Positions 55,897 to 64,000 of a stretch of DNA of 64,000 nt are shown here, in pieces. The stretch's first letter is position 1, and the number at the start of each line of letters is the position of its first letter. The stretch comes from Alphaproteobacteria bacterium 43-37 (GTDB lineage: Bacteria; Pseudomonadota; Alphaproteobacteria; 43-37). The stretch spans positions 25,523 to 89,522 of the forward strand of contig MKSY01000014.1 in NCBI GenBank assembly GCA_001897475.1, written 5' to 3'. The notes under the pieces are model-generated. The model saw only the letters and a program-made list of their open reading frames with translations, made no database searches and was not told the origin of the DNA. A program made the position numbers and the translations under genes.

Positions 55897-57570
55897 ATGA
55901 TGAATTTCTTTGATTTTGTCCCAAAATCCATTAGCAGCCTTTCAAAAGGCTATTCCCTCGCGATGTTCCGCGGTGATTTTATGGCGGGCCTTACGGTTTC
56001 CATCGTTGCACTCCCACTTGCCATGGCCCTTGCCATTGCTTCTGGTACCACACCAGAAAAGGGGTTGTTTACAGCCATTATTGCAGGATTCTTGATTTCT
56101 CTTTTAGGTGGAAGCCGCCACCAAATTGGTGGGCCGACAGGTGCTTTTGTTGTCATTATTTATAATGTTATCGCTCAATTTGGTTACGAGGGGCTAGCCA
56201 TTGCCACCGTTATGGCTGGGATCATGCTTTTGATTGCTGGCATTTTGAAAGTGGGTACAATCATCCGTTTCATCCCCCAACCCGTTGTCACTGGATTCAC
56301 ATCCGGCATTGCTATTGTTCTTTTTACTGGACAAATAAAAAGCCTGTTGGGCCTCAGCATCGAAAATATGCCTGCTGACTTTGTTGATCGATGGGTTGTC
56401 TATTGGCAACACATACAAACAATTCATTGGCCTACCCTCATGATTGGCGGCGTTTCACTTGCCATTTTGTTTGTGTTGCAATCTTTAAAGGTAAGACTCC
56501 CATCATTTCTCATTGTCATGACGTTAGGAGGTGGGATTGTCTGGCTCTTTGGGGTCCCAGTTGATACCATTGGTTCTAAATTTGGCCAGATCCCAAAAAC
56601 TTTACCTGTACCATATTTTCCACATATTACATGGGAGAAGATTGTTCTCCTCCTTCCTTCTGCCTTCACAATCGCTTTCTTAGCTGGGATTGAATCTCTA
56701 CTCTCAGCTATGATCGCCGATGGTATGACAGGCAGACGACATCGGCCCAATGCTGAACTATTAGCCCAAGGTGTAGCTAATATTGCCTCTGTATGTTTTT
56801 GCGGGATACCCGCCACTGGAGCCATTGCTCGCACTATCACAAACATTCGCTCCGGCGCACAAACACCTCTAGCGGGCATAATTCATTCGGCGTTGCTCCT
56901 GTTATTCATGTGGTTCTTATCACCCATTGTTGGCTGGATCCCTCTCACCTCTCTTGCTGCCGTAATGATCATAGTAGCATGGAACATGAGCGAGATTGAA
57001 CATTTTCGTTATCTCATGTCAGCCCCTAAAAGTGATCGTGCTGTTTTGTTGATCACGTTCTTTTTGACCATCATGGTCGATCTGACAATCGCTGTCCAAG
57101 TTGGCATCACGTTAGCTGCATTACTCTTTATGAAGCGCATGAACGACGTTACAGCCATTCAAACAGGCGTATCCATTTTGAAAAGTACCGCGAATGAGAA
57201 AACTGACAGCCTTCCACCCAAAATGCCAGAGGGCGTAGAGGCTTTTCAAATAACGGGACCTTTCTTTTTCTGTGTGGCCAACCGGCTCAAGGATGAGTTA
57301 GCAAAAATCCGCGGGATCCCTAAGGTATTTATCCTCCGCATGCGTCATGTCCCTACCATGGATGCCACTGCGGCTCATACGCTACTCAGTTTCATCAAGA
57401 AAAGCCAACAACGCGGTACTCACGTTATTTTTGCAGCCGTCCAAGAACAACCGCTCAAAGTAATGAAACAAATGAAGATTCATAAGCTAATTAGCCCCGA
57501 AAACTTTGTTAGTTCCACAGTTGATGCCATTAAGAGAGCCCAAAAAATCTTAGAAAGCGAGAAGACTTAA
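55897..57570 (+). CDS. SulP family inorganic anion transporter with C-terminal STAS domain
   Basis: 557 aa. Polytopic N-terminal domain with SulP motifs (GLTVSIVALPLAMALAIASG) and C-terminal STAS fold. Confidence 0.85.
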   Translation: MMNFFDFVPKSISSLSKGYSLAMFRGDFMAGLTVSIVALPLAMALAIASGTTPEKGLFTAIIAGFLISLLGGSRHQIGGPTGAFVVIIYNVIAQFGYEGLAIATVMAGIMLLIAGILKVGTIIRFIPQPVVTGFTSGIAIVLFTGQIKSLLGLSIENMPADFVDRWVVYWQHIQTIHWPTLMIGGVSLAILFVLQSLKVRLPSFLIVMTLGGGIVWLFGVPVDTIGSKFGQIPKTLPVPYFPHITWEKIVLLLPSAFTIAFLAGIESLLSAMIADGMTGRRHRPNAELLAQGVANIASVCFCGIPATGAIARTITNIRSGAQTPLAGIIHSALLLLFMWFLSPIVGWIPLTSLAAVMIIVAWNMSEIEHFRYLMSAPKSDRAVLLITFFLTIMVDLTIAVQVGITLAALLFMKRMNDVTAIQTGVSILKSTANEKTDSLPPKMPEGVEAFQITGPFFFCVANRLKDELAKIRGIPKVFILRMRHVPTMDATAAHTLLSFIKKSQQRGTHVIFAAVQEQPLKVMKQMKIHKLISPENFVSSTVDAIKRAQKILESEKT

Positions 57571-59372
57571 AGCGGCTGGCAAGCATCCCAGAGCCACTGC
57601 CTCAGCGAGCTTTCCTCTTCCTTCAAGTGTGGAGATAAATCCTCCCATACAGTCGTATGGTACGCATCTAGCCAGTTAATTTCATCTTGAGCTAATAAAG
57701 ATACCTCTATTAGATGCTTATCAATGGGAACTCGGGTCAAGGTTTCAAAGCAAAGCATGGGAGCATCAGTTAATTGATAAATTTGAGTAGGATGAGGCTG
57801 AACGACCATTAAACTTTCAATGCGAATGCCAAACTCATCATTTTTATAATACCCAGGCTCATTAGACACAATCATTCCGACCTCTGCCACATGAGGATAC
57901 CGAGCTGAAGCACCAATGTAAAGTGGTGTTTCATGAACATAAAGATAAGAGCCAACACCATGGCCAGTGGCATGCTGATAGTCATATCCTTTCTGCCATA
58001 AATATTGCCTGGCCAAAATATCCAGATGGTACCCTCTAACACCTTCTGGGAAAACAATGGTCGATAATGCGATGTAACCTTTAAGCACTCTTGTATAGGC
58101 TTCTTTTTGTTCTTCAGTCGGCTGACCAACAGATATTGTGCGAGTTACATCTGTTGTCCCACAAAGGTAATTCCCCCCCGTGTCCATAAGTAATATTCCA
58201 TTGCCACCAATGAGCTTTGATTCGCCCTGGGTTGGTCGATAGTGAATCAAGGATGAGTTGGAGCCAAAGCCTATTATTGGGCTGAAACTAGGGGTTTTAA
58301 ATAAAGGAGATAGCCGGCGAAACTTTGTATACATTTCACCAAGATCAAACTCGTCTATCTTCCCAATGTTTTGTTCAGCCCAAAAAATGCTTCGGATAAT
58401 TGCCAAGCCATCATGAATATGAGTTAGACGCGCACCATTAACTTCAATTGGATTTTTTTTAGCTCTAGCTACAGCTGAAAGATCATCAATGATTTTAATC
58501 GTAATAGTTGGGCTGCTTATCTCAACTTCTACGGCAAATGGTGTTTCTAAAGGATCGTAACCAATAGACAATTTTTGCTCTGAAAAGTCTTTTAATCTTT
58601 TAGAAAATTCTTGCAAAGACTTCGTAACCACAGACCCGCCCCAATAATGCTTAAGGTCTTGAAGGCCATCTCGATCATCGACAAATAGCTCAACGGGCCC
58701 TTCTTGCGGCACAATTAAATAGCTAAATACAATGGGCACAGTATCGCTATCTTGACCTCTCATGTTTAAAAGCCAAGCAATAGCATTTAAATTTGAGTAA
58801 ATGTAATAATCTAGGCTCAGCTTTTGTATATCTTTTTTTAGCGCATCTAATTTGTCGGTGAATTCTTTTCCAGCGTAACACTGTGGATGCACAACGGCTT
58901 TGGAATGAGGGGCAGATGGTCGATCGATCCATAACTCGTCTATTGGGTTATTTTCCACAACAACAAATTGACCACCCGCACTGCAAACAACGTTCTCTAA
59001 TTTTCGCCCTCTAGCCACACTCCAAACCCATGGGTAGCACCCTACCTGTTCTTCAGGTTGAAGATGCTTTGATAAATAGTCAAAGATATTAGACTCAGAA
59101 AGATCATAAACATGGAAAGCTTTATCAAGCTGCTGTTTTGCTTGATTAGAATAACGACTATCAGCAAAAAATATGGCACGCTCTAGGCCAATAAGAACTT
59201 CCCCCATTGTACCAGTGAAGCCAGAAACCCAATTCAACCTTTGTCCATTTGAAGGAACATCTTCATTTAAGAATTCGTCATACGCATTAACGATGAAATA
59301 CGATAACCCAAATTGCCTCATCCACTTGCGAAGCAATTCTAACCTTTGAACATATATTTTCTTATCACCCAT
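57567..59372 (-). CDS. Xaa-Pro aminopeptidase (M24B, long three-domain APP type)
   Basis: 601 aa. C-terminal pita-bread fold with metal ligands (HATGHGVG, ...E...E). Two N-terminal creatinase-like domains. Confidence 0.7.
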   Translation of the reverse strand: MGDKKIYVQRLELLRKWMRQFGLSYFIVNAYDEFLNEDVPSNGQRLNWVSGFTGTMGEVLIGLERAIFFADSRYSNQAKQQLDKAFHVYDLSESNIFDYLSKHLQPEEQVGCYPWVWSVARGRKLENVVCSAGGQFVVVENNPIDELWIDRPSAPHSKAVVHPQCYAGKEFTDKLDALKKDIQKLSLDYYIYSNLNAIAWLLNMRGQDSDTVPIVFSYLIVPQEGPVELFVDDRDGLQDLKHYWGGSVVTKSLQEFSKRLKDFSEQKLSIGYDPLETPFAVEVEISSPTITIKIIDDLSAVARAKKNPIEVNGARLTHIHDGLAIIRSIFWAEQNIGKIDEFDLGEMYTKFRRLSPLFKTPSFSPIIGFGSNSSLIHYRPTQGESKLIGGNGILLMDTGGNYLCGTTDVTRTISVGQPTEEQKEAYTRVLKGYIALSTIVFPEGVRGYHLDILARQYLWQKGYDYQHATGHGVGSYLYVHETPLYIGASARYPHVAEVGMIVSNEPGYYKNDEFGIRIESLMVVQPHPTQIYQLTDAPMLCFETLTRVPIDKHLIEVSLLAQDEINWLDAYHTTVWEDLSPHLKEEESSLRQWLWDACQPL

Positions 59373-59378
59373 ATTATA

Positions 59379-60269
59379 TTATGCACCGCAATATTTTACA
59401 CACATTGTGCTCCAACCATACATCCTAAAAATAAATAACGTTTTAAAACCTATTAAACGATACATATCAAGAACCCATTTTTCTTGGGAAGTAAGGACAC
59501 CCGATAGAACAACTTTCGTTCCAACCCTAACAACGTTATGCATATCCAACGCCATTTGTCTTAGAGGCTTTGCGAGAATATTAGCCACAATCACATCATA
59601 CGGGCCTTTCTCAAGAATCCAACGGCTTTTAAAGCCAGAGACTCTATCAATATAAAAAGAGGCTTGATTTCTCCTCATATTAATGCGAGCCACCCTCACA
59701 GCTTCTGGATCAATATCCCCAGCAAAAACAGACGCGCTAGGCCATAATTTATGCGCCGCTAACGCTAAGATGCCGGTACCACACCCCATATCTAATATTT
59801 TATGGCAATGTGTATTTGACTTTATCCTTTGCAACGCCTTTAAGCAACCTGATGTTGTTGCGTGTTCACCTGATCCAAAAGCCGTGGCAGCATCTACCCA
59901 AAGTGGAATTACCCCACATGGTTTTGGACTATAACGATCATGACTACCATAAATGTAAAAACGGCCGATCTGCAACGGCGGGGTTGCTTTAGCATAAATC
60001 TCGAGCCAATTAACGAGAGCCTGCGTTTTGGATTCTATGATGCAATCAGCATCATTTTGTAAGCTTGTGATTAAGTGTAGTGAGCTTAGGCAATCCTTAA
60101 AACTTTCTTCGTTACCATAAACACCTTGAAAATGAACCATTTGGTCATCATCAAACAACTCCCACGACATCGACAATGCATCAACATCCAGGGCATCCAA
60201 GTACAGGTCCATTTTTTCAACAAAGGTTCTTAAATCAATTTGAAAAAGCATACCATCAGCCATGTACAA
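59379..60269 (-). CDS. prmA: Ribosomal protein L11 methyltransferase
   Basis: 296 aa. SAM motif ILDMGCGTGILALAA and PrmA-like termini. Confidence 0.8.
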   Translation of the reverse strand: MYMADGMLFQIDLRTFVEKMDLYLDALDVDALSMSWELFDDDQMVHFQGVYGNEESFKDCLSSLHLITSLQNDADCIIESKTQALVNWLEIYAKATPPLQIGRFYIYGSHDRYSPKPCGVIPLWVDAATAFGSGEHATTSGCLKALQRIKSNTHCHKILDMGCGTGILALAAHKLWPSASVFAGDIDPEAVRVARINMRRNQASFYIDRVSGFKSRWILEKGPYDVIVANILAKPLRQMALDMHNVVRVGTKVVLSGVLTSQEKWVLDMYRLIGFKTLFIFRMYGWSTMCVKYCGA

Positions 60270-60270
60270 T

Positions 60271-62460
60271 TTAGGCTTTCTCTAGATAGCTGGCCAAAAC
60301 TTTCTTTTCGCCAGCATGGTCAAATATCACTGTTACATGCTCGCCCATTGAAATGCTCACAATGCCATATCCAAACTTCTGGTGGAAAACACGCTGCCCT
60401 TCAATGAAGGCCGGTTCGTCAAAATATTCTATTTCGGCAGCACTCTTGGGTGCAGATTGAAAAAATTGACGGCCCATAGCAAAAGTCGAGGCTGACCTGT
60501 TGTCCCTTTTTCCCCAGGACACACTTGTTTGCACTCGCTCAATATGCTCTTCTTTCAACTCCTCAATAAAGCGCGATGGAAGGTTAGACTGCCATAAATT
60601 ATGAACCCTACGATTAGCCGCGAATGTAATATACAGCCTCTTCTTTGCTCGAGTAATTCCAACGTAGGCCAACCGCCGCTCTTCTTCGAGTCCTTGGGAA
60701 CCTTTTTCATCTAATGCACGTGGATGAGGGAATAGGCCTTCCTCCCATCCAGCTAAAAAGACTGTATCAAACTCAAGTCCTTTCGCGCTATGAAGTGTCA
60801 TAATACTAACCATCTCTTCATGGATAGCGGTGTTATTTTCCATTACCAAACTGACATGCTCTAAAAATTCTGTGAGCGAAGAGAATTCTTGCAAAGCCGT
60901 CACAAATTCTTTCAAGTTTTCGATTCTTCCGGGAGCATCAGGCGAGGTATCCTCATCCCACATACGAATATACCCAGATTCTTGAAGAATAATCTCAGCT
61001 AATTGAGAGGGGTTTAAGTCTTGGGCCAAAACTTGCCACTGCTCTACCTGCGCGATAAATGCTCTCAGAGCATGACGCGTAGCTCCTTTCAACTCATCGG
61101 TCTCAACAATGCGTTTGGCAATTTCCATGAGCGAAAGGTTGGCATGACGTGCGGTAGTTTGCAAAAGTTGGACGCTTGTTGCACCAATCCCACGTTTGGG
61201 GACATTAATAACTCTTTCAAAAGCTAAGCTATCATTACTTTGTGCTACGAGTCGCAAATAAGCTAAAGCATCCCGAATTTCTTGCCGCTCATAAAACCTT
61301 AGCCCCCCAATGACTTTGTACGGGATCCCTAATTTCAAGAAGCATTCTTCAAATTCACGTGTTTGAAAGCCTGCTCGAATCAAGATTGCCATATTGTTAA
61401 GGCTAACGCCATTTCGCTGACATGCCTCGATTTCATCACTTATATAGCGTGCTTCCTCGCCTCCATCCCAGTGACCCGAGACATACACTTTATCCCCACC
61501 ATCATTTTGGGTCCACAATGTTTTCCCCAAGCGATCTTTATTGCTAGCAATCAGGTGGGATGCAAGGCCAAGGATATGTGGCGTCGATCGGTAGTTTTGC
61601 TCCAAGCGAACGACTTTTGCGTCAGGAAAATCCCGCTCAAACTTCAAGATGTTTCCAACCTCAGCCCCCCGCCATCCATAAATGGACTGATCATCATCCC
61701 CTACGCAGCACATATTCGCACCGCCTTGCGACAAAAGCCTCAGCCATAAGTATTGTGCAATATTCGTGTCTTGATACTCATCAACCAAGATAAACTTAAA
61801 TTGGTTGGCATAGCGGCTTAAAACATCAAGGTTTTCTTGAAATAATGTCAAAACATGGAGAATCAAATCACCAAAATCAACAGCATTTAATCGCTTTAAC
61901 TCTGATTGATATTCAACATACAACTGGGCTAATGGGTCACTTCCCCCACTTTCTTGCTTCGCTACTTGTGCACTCGTTAACCCGCGATCTTTCCAACGTT
62001 GAATCACAGATAGAACGAGCCTAGAGGCAAGCTGCTTTTCATCAATCCCTTTTGTTTTCAAGATTTGCTTGATCAATCTTAACTGATCATCAGAGTCTAA
62101 AATAGTAAACTGGGGTGTAAGATCCAACTTCTCAGCATGAATTCTTAAAATTTTTGCCCCAATAGAATGGAACGTTCCAAGCCACAATCCTTGAGCATAA
62201 GGCCCAACCATACTGCCCAACCGTTCACGCATCTCATTGGCCGCTTTGTTTGTAAAAGTGACTGCCAAAATTTGAGAAGCAAAAGCAGCTCTTTGGTTCA
62301 ATATATGCGCTATTCGTGAGGTTAAAACTCGTGTTTTACCTGTACCAGCTCCCGACAAAACCAACAACGGGCCAGAAAGATACCCGACAGCCTCCAGCTG
62401 CTCTTGGTTAAGTCGTAAATAATCATTCTCATTTTGGCTCAATGGTATATTTTGCAACAT
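60271..62460 (-). CDS. uvrD: ATP-dependent DNA helicase, UvrD/Rep/PcrA family
   Basis: 729 aa. SF1 motifs I (AGAGTGKT), II (VDEYQDT), QNYRS, TLHSAKGLEFD, VGITRAKK. Confidence 0.85.
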   Translation of the reverse strand: MLQNIPLSQNENDYLRLNQEQLEAVGYLSGPLLVLSGAGTGKTRVLTSRIAHILNQRAAFASQILAVTFTNKAANEMRERLGSMVGPYAQGLWLGTFHSIGAKILRIHAEKLDLTPQFTILDSDDQLRLIKQILKTKGIDEKQLASRLVLSVIQRWKDRGLTSAQVAKQESGGSDPLAQLYVEYQSELKRLNAVDFGDLILHVLTLFQENLDVLSRYANQFKFILVDEYQDTNIAQYLWLRLLSQGGANMCCVGDDDQSIYGWRGAEVGNILKFERDFPDAKVVRLEQNYRSTPHILGLASHLIASNKDRLGKTLWTQNDGGDKVYVSGHWDGGEEARYISDEIEACQRNGVSLNNMAILIRAGFQTREFEECFLKLGIPYKVIGGLRFYERQEIRDALAYLRLVAQSNDSLAFERVINVPKRGIGATSVQLLQTTARHANLSLMEIAKRIVETDELKGATRHALRAFIAQVEQWQVLAQDLNPSQLAEIILQESGYIRMWDEDTSPDAPGRIENLKEFVTALQEFSSLTEFLEHVSLVMENNTAIHEEMVSIMTLHSAKGLEFDTVFLAGWEEGLFPHPRALDEKGSQGLEEERRLAYVGITRAKKRLYITFAANRRVHNLWQSNLPSRFIEELKEEHIERVQTSVSWGKRDNRSASTFAMGRQFFQSAPKSAAEIEYFDEPAFIEGQRVFHQKFGYGIVSISMGEHVTVIFDHAGEKKVLASYLEKA

Positions 62461-62465
62461 AATGT

Positions 62466-62663
62466 TTAAGATGATTGTTCTGATAAATCTTTAGTCACCA
62501 AAACATACTTTCGGCTACAATACGGGCAAACAACCTCTCCAGATTTCTCAAGGGTGAGATAAACAGCAGGATGCCCAAGCGCACCTCCTCCACCGTTACA
62601 TCTTACCGTTTTATCAAGCACCTGAATTTCTTCAAAAGGGTGCTGTACCGTGCTCACACTCAT
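62466..62663 (-). CDS. zf-CHCC-type zinc-finger small protein
   Basis: 65 aa. HPAVYLTLEKSGEVVCPYCSRKY matches the H..C.YC zf-CHCC pattern common in alphaproteobacteria. Confidence 0.5.
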   Translation of the reverse strand: MSVSTVQHPFEEIQVLDKTVRCNGGGGALGHPAVYLTLEKSGEVVCPYCSRKYVLVTKDLSEQSS

Positions 62664-62755
62664 ATTACTATTTCCAACTTGTACGTTCTTAACTCTTATT
62701 TTAACGATATCTTTGCATCTTACACAAGTTTAGAGTATAAGCCATAAAAAGATAT

Positions 62756-62832
62756 GCACCCGTAGCTCAGCTGGATAGAGTGCTGCCCTCCGAAGGCAGA
62801 GGTCGTGAGTTCGAATCTCGCCGGGTGCGCCA
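62756..62832 (+). tRNA. tRNA-Arg (anticodon CCG)
   Basis: GCACCCGTAGCTCAGCTGGATAGAGTGCTGCCCTCCGAAGGCAGAGGTCGTGAGTTCGAATCTCGCCGGGTGCGCCA. Anticodon loop CU-CCG-AA. Encoded CCA end. Confidence 0.9.
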
Positions 62833-62957
62833 AAGGCTCAGCTTCAAAATATTAGCGGCAATGTAAGTCAATTTACTGACATGCATCTAATTTTGCTTTT
62901 TATTTTCGAGAGAAACCCGCATTATATTAGCAGTAAAAGCTTCGTAAGCAAAGAACA

Positions 62958-63914
62958 ATGGTCAAAGAAATGCGTCAAAAACCAATTTTCGTCCTAATGG
63001 GCAGTGAGGAGTATTACTACCTCATTGAAACCAATATCAAGCAACTCCGCACCATTTATCCTGATGCTGAAATCGTTGTGTATGCCTGGGGTCCAAACCC
63101 ATTGATCCTCACGAATGAGCGCAACGTCACTATCATTGATTGGCGAGAGCGGGTGGAAGATACTGAAGATCTCCTCTCCATCTACACCAAAGAGGATATA
63201 AAAAAACTTGCCATTGCCTTTAATCAGCGCACACCACGTGGCATTATGCAGAGGATACGCAAAGCATTTATTAAAAGGTTTCCCAGCTCTTGGGTCACAC
63301 AAAACATGCAAAAAAAAGCATTGGTCTATGAAAACATGCTGATGCAGAAAGTGCGATGCTTGATGGCCGCGTCAGACCTTTATCCAGCTCGATCCCTCAT
63401 GTTTCTGGATGCCGATGCCTTTGTCTTTGAGAATATTGATGAGCTTTTTGATCACGATGCTGATGTTATGCTATCAATAGTTAGGCCTGAAAAAGTGGAA
63501 TGGACGTATAACCTTTGCAACGTGTTAACCGTAGGCGTGATGTATTTTAGTGACCATAAAAAAGTCCGAGATTCCCTGTTTAGAGAATGGTGGCCTGCCA
63601 CGCAAAAATGCACCGAATTTTGCAAAGAGCAGTCCGCGTTAGTCAGGCTTCTTGCGACGAAAACCCAAACGCTTTTTAAGAAAGATGCTAAAGAGTTTGT
63701 TCCTTTTGGCAGCACAGACATTCGATTTTGGATCGTAGATGCAGATATCTATAACCACCATGAACTTTACAATATTGCCCATTGGCCCGATGAAACCATC
63801 CCCTATGCGAAGATTTACCATTTTTCAAACATGGCTCAAGACCGCACAAGACTTCAAAATGCCCTCCAGCGTGTGCGTGATCATCGCATAAAACCAAAAT
63901 CTGGCCGCACCTAA
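62958..63914 (+). CDS. Hypothetical protein, possibly a GT-A-like nucleotide-sugar transferase (DxD motif)
   Basis: 318 aa, soluble, LMFLDADAFVFENIDELFDHDADVML resembles a DxD sugar-nucleotide binding site. I recognise no family with confidence. Confidence 0.3.
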   Translation: MVKEMRQKPIFVLMGSEEYYYLIETNIKQLRTIYPDAEIVVYAWGPNPLILTNERNVTIIDWRERVEDTEDLLSIYTKEDIKKLAIAFNQRTPRGIMQRIRKAFIKRFPSSWVTQNMQKKALVYENMLMQKVRCLMAASDLYPARSLMFLDADAFVFENIDELFDHDADVMLSIVRPEKVEWTYNLCNVLTVGVMYFSDHKKVRDSLFREWWPATQKCTEFCKEQSALVRLLATKTQTLFKKDAKEFVPFGSTDIRFWIVDADIYNHHELYNIAHWPDETIPYAKIYHFSNMAQDRTRLQNALQRVRDHRIKPKSGRT

Positions 63915-64000
63915 CCCATATGAACCCTAATGAATGAGCCCCCCTACCTTACTCTTGCGAATGCCCAAGTCTCCTATGGAGATAAAATTATATTCTCTGA

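Noticed and set aside
56424-56879. 151-aa ORF antisense to sulP
   Set aside because: It is embedded in the SulP permease gene and is spurious.

Overview
This window looks like chromosomal DNA from a low-GC alphaproteobacterium with Rhizobiales-like gene content (RegB/RegA-SenC, petABC, Porin_2-like porin, lptFGD). All gene calls rest on reading the six-frame translations and recognising conserved motifs; no database search was run.

The window is mostly housekeeping, reading left to right:
- a polysaccharide/O-antigen export module: asnB-like amidotransferase (partial), GT2, and a Wzm/Wzt ABC-2 exporter
- argR, a TauE-like permease, tRNA-Ser, crcB, and rpmI-rplT cut off from its usual infC/pheST neighbours
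- rarA, the cytochrome bc1 operon petABC, trmL and hemF
- a flagellar filament block on the minus strand: two tandem 274-aa flagellin paralogs, fliD, fliS, then two secreted orphan ORFs
- a PHA depolymerase, senC, and regB/regA
- ppk-ppx, bolA, amiC, gltX, comEC, wecA-like, tRNA-Gln, a second Ppx/GppA, rlmE and rsmB
- a porin, surA-like, lptF/G/D, ruvX, epimerase, rhodanese, RNase P RNA, dacC, sulP, pepP, prmA, uvrD and tRNA-Arg

The parts that look unusual:
- A dispersed composite intergenic repeat family occurs at five loci. It has a conserved header, 21-22-bp tandem sub-repeat arrays, and an array of about ten 21-bp units at 40.5 kb.
- One repeat copy is split by a 361-bp MITE-like insertion with 22-bp terminal inverted repeats and an apparent 8-9-bp target-site duplication.
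- Two distant paralogous genes (23.0-24.5 kb and 48.9-50.4 kb) each encode an N-terminal signal peptide, a glycine-rich hydrophobic segment and an AAA+-type P-loop ATPase. I cannot place this family.
- A sigma-54-type promoter with three upstream palindromes precedes the downstream flagellin.
- A translationally coupled pair of secreted orphan proteins sits at the end of the flagellin-fliD-fliS array.
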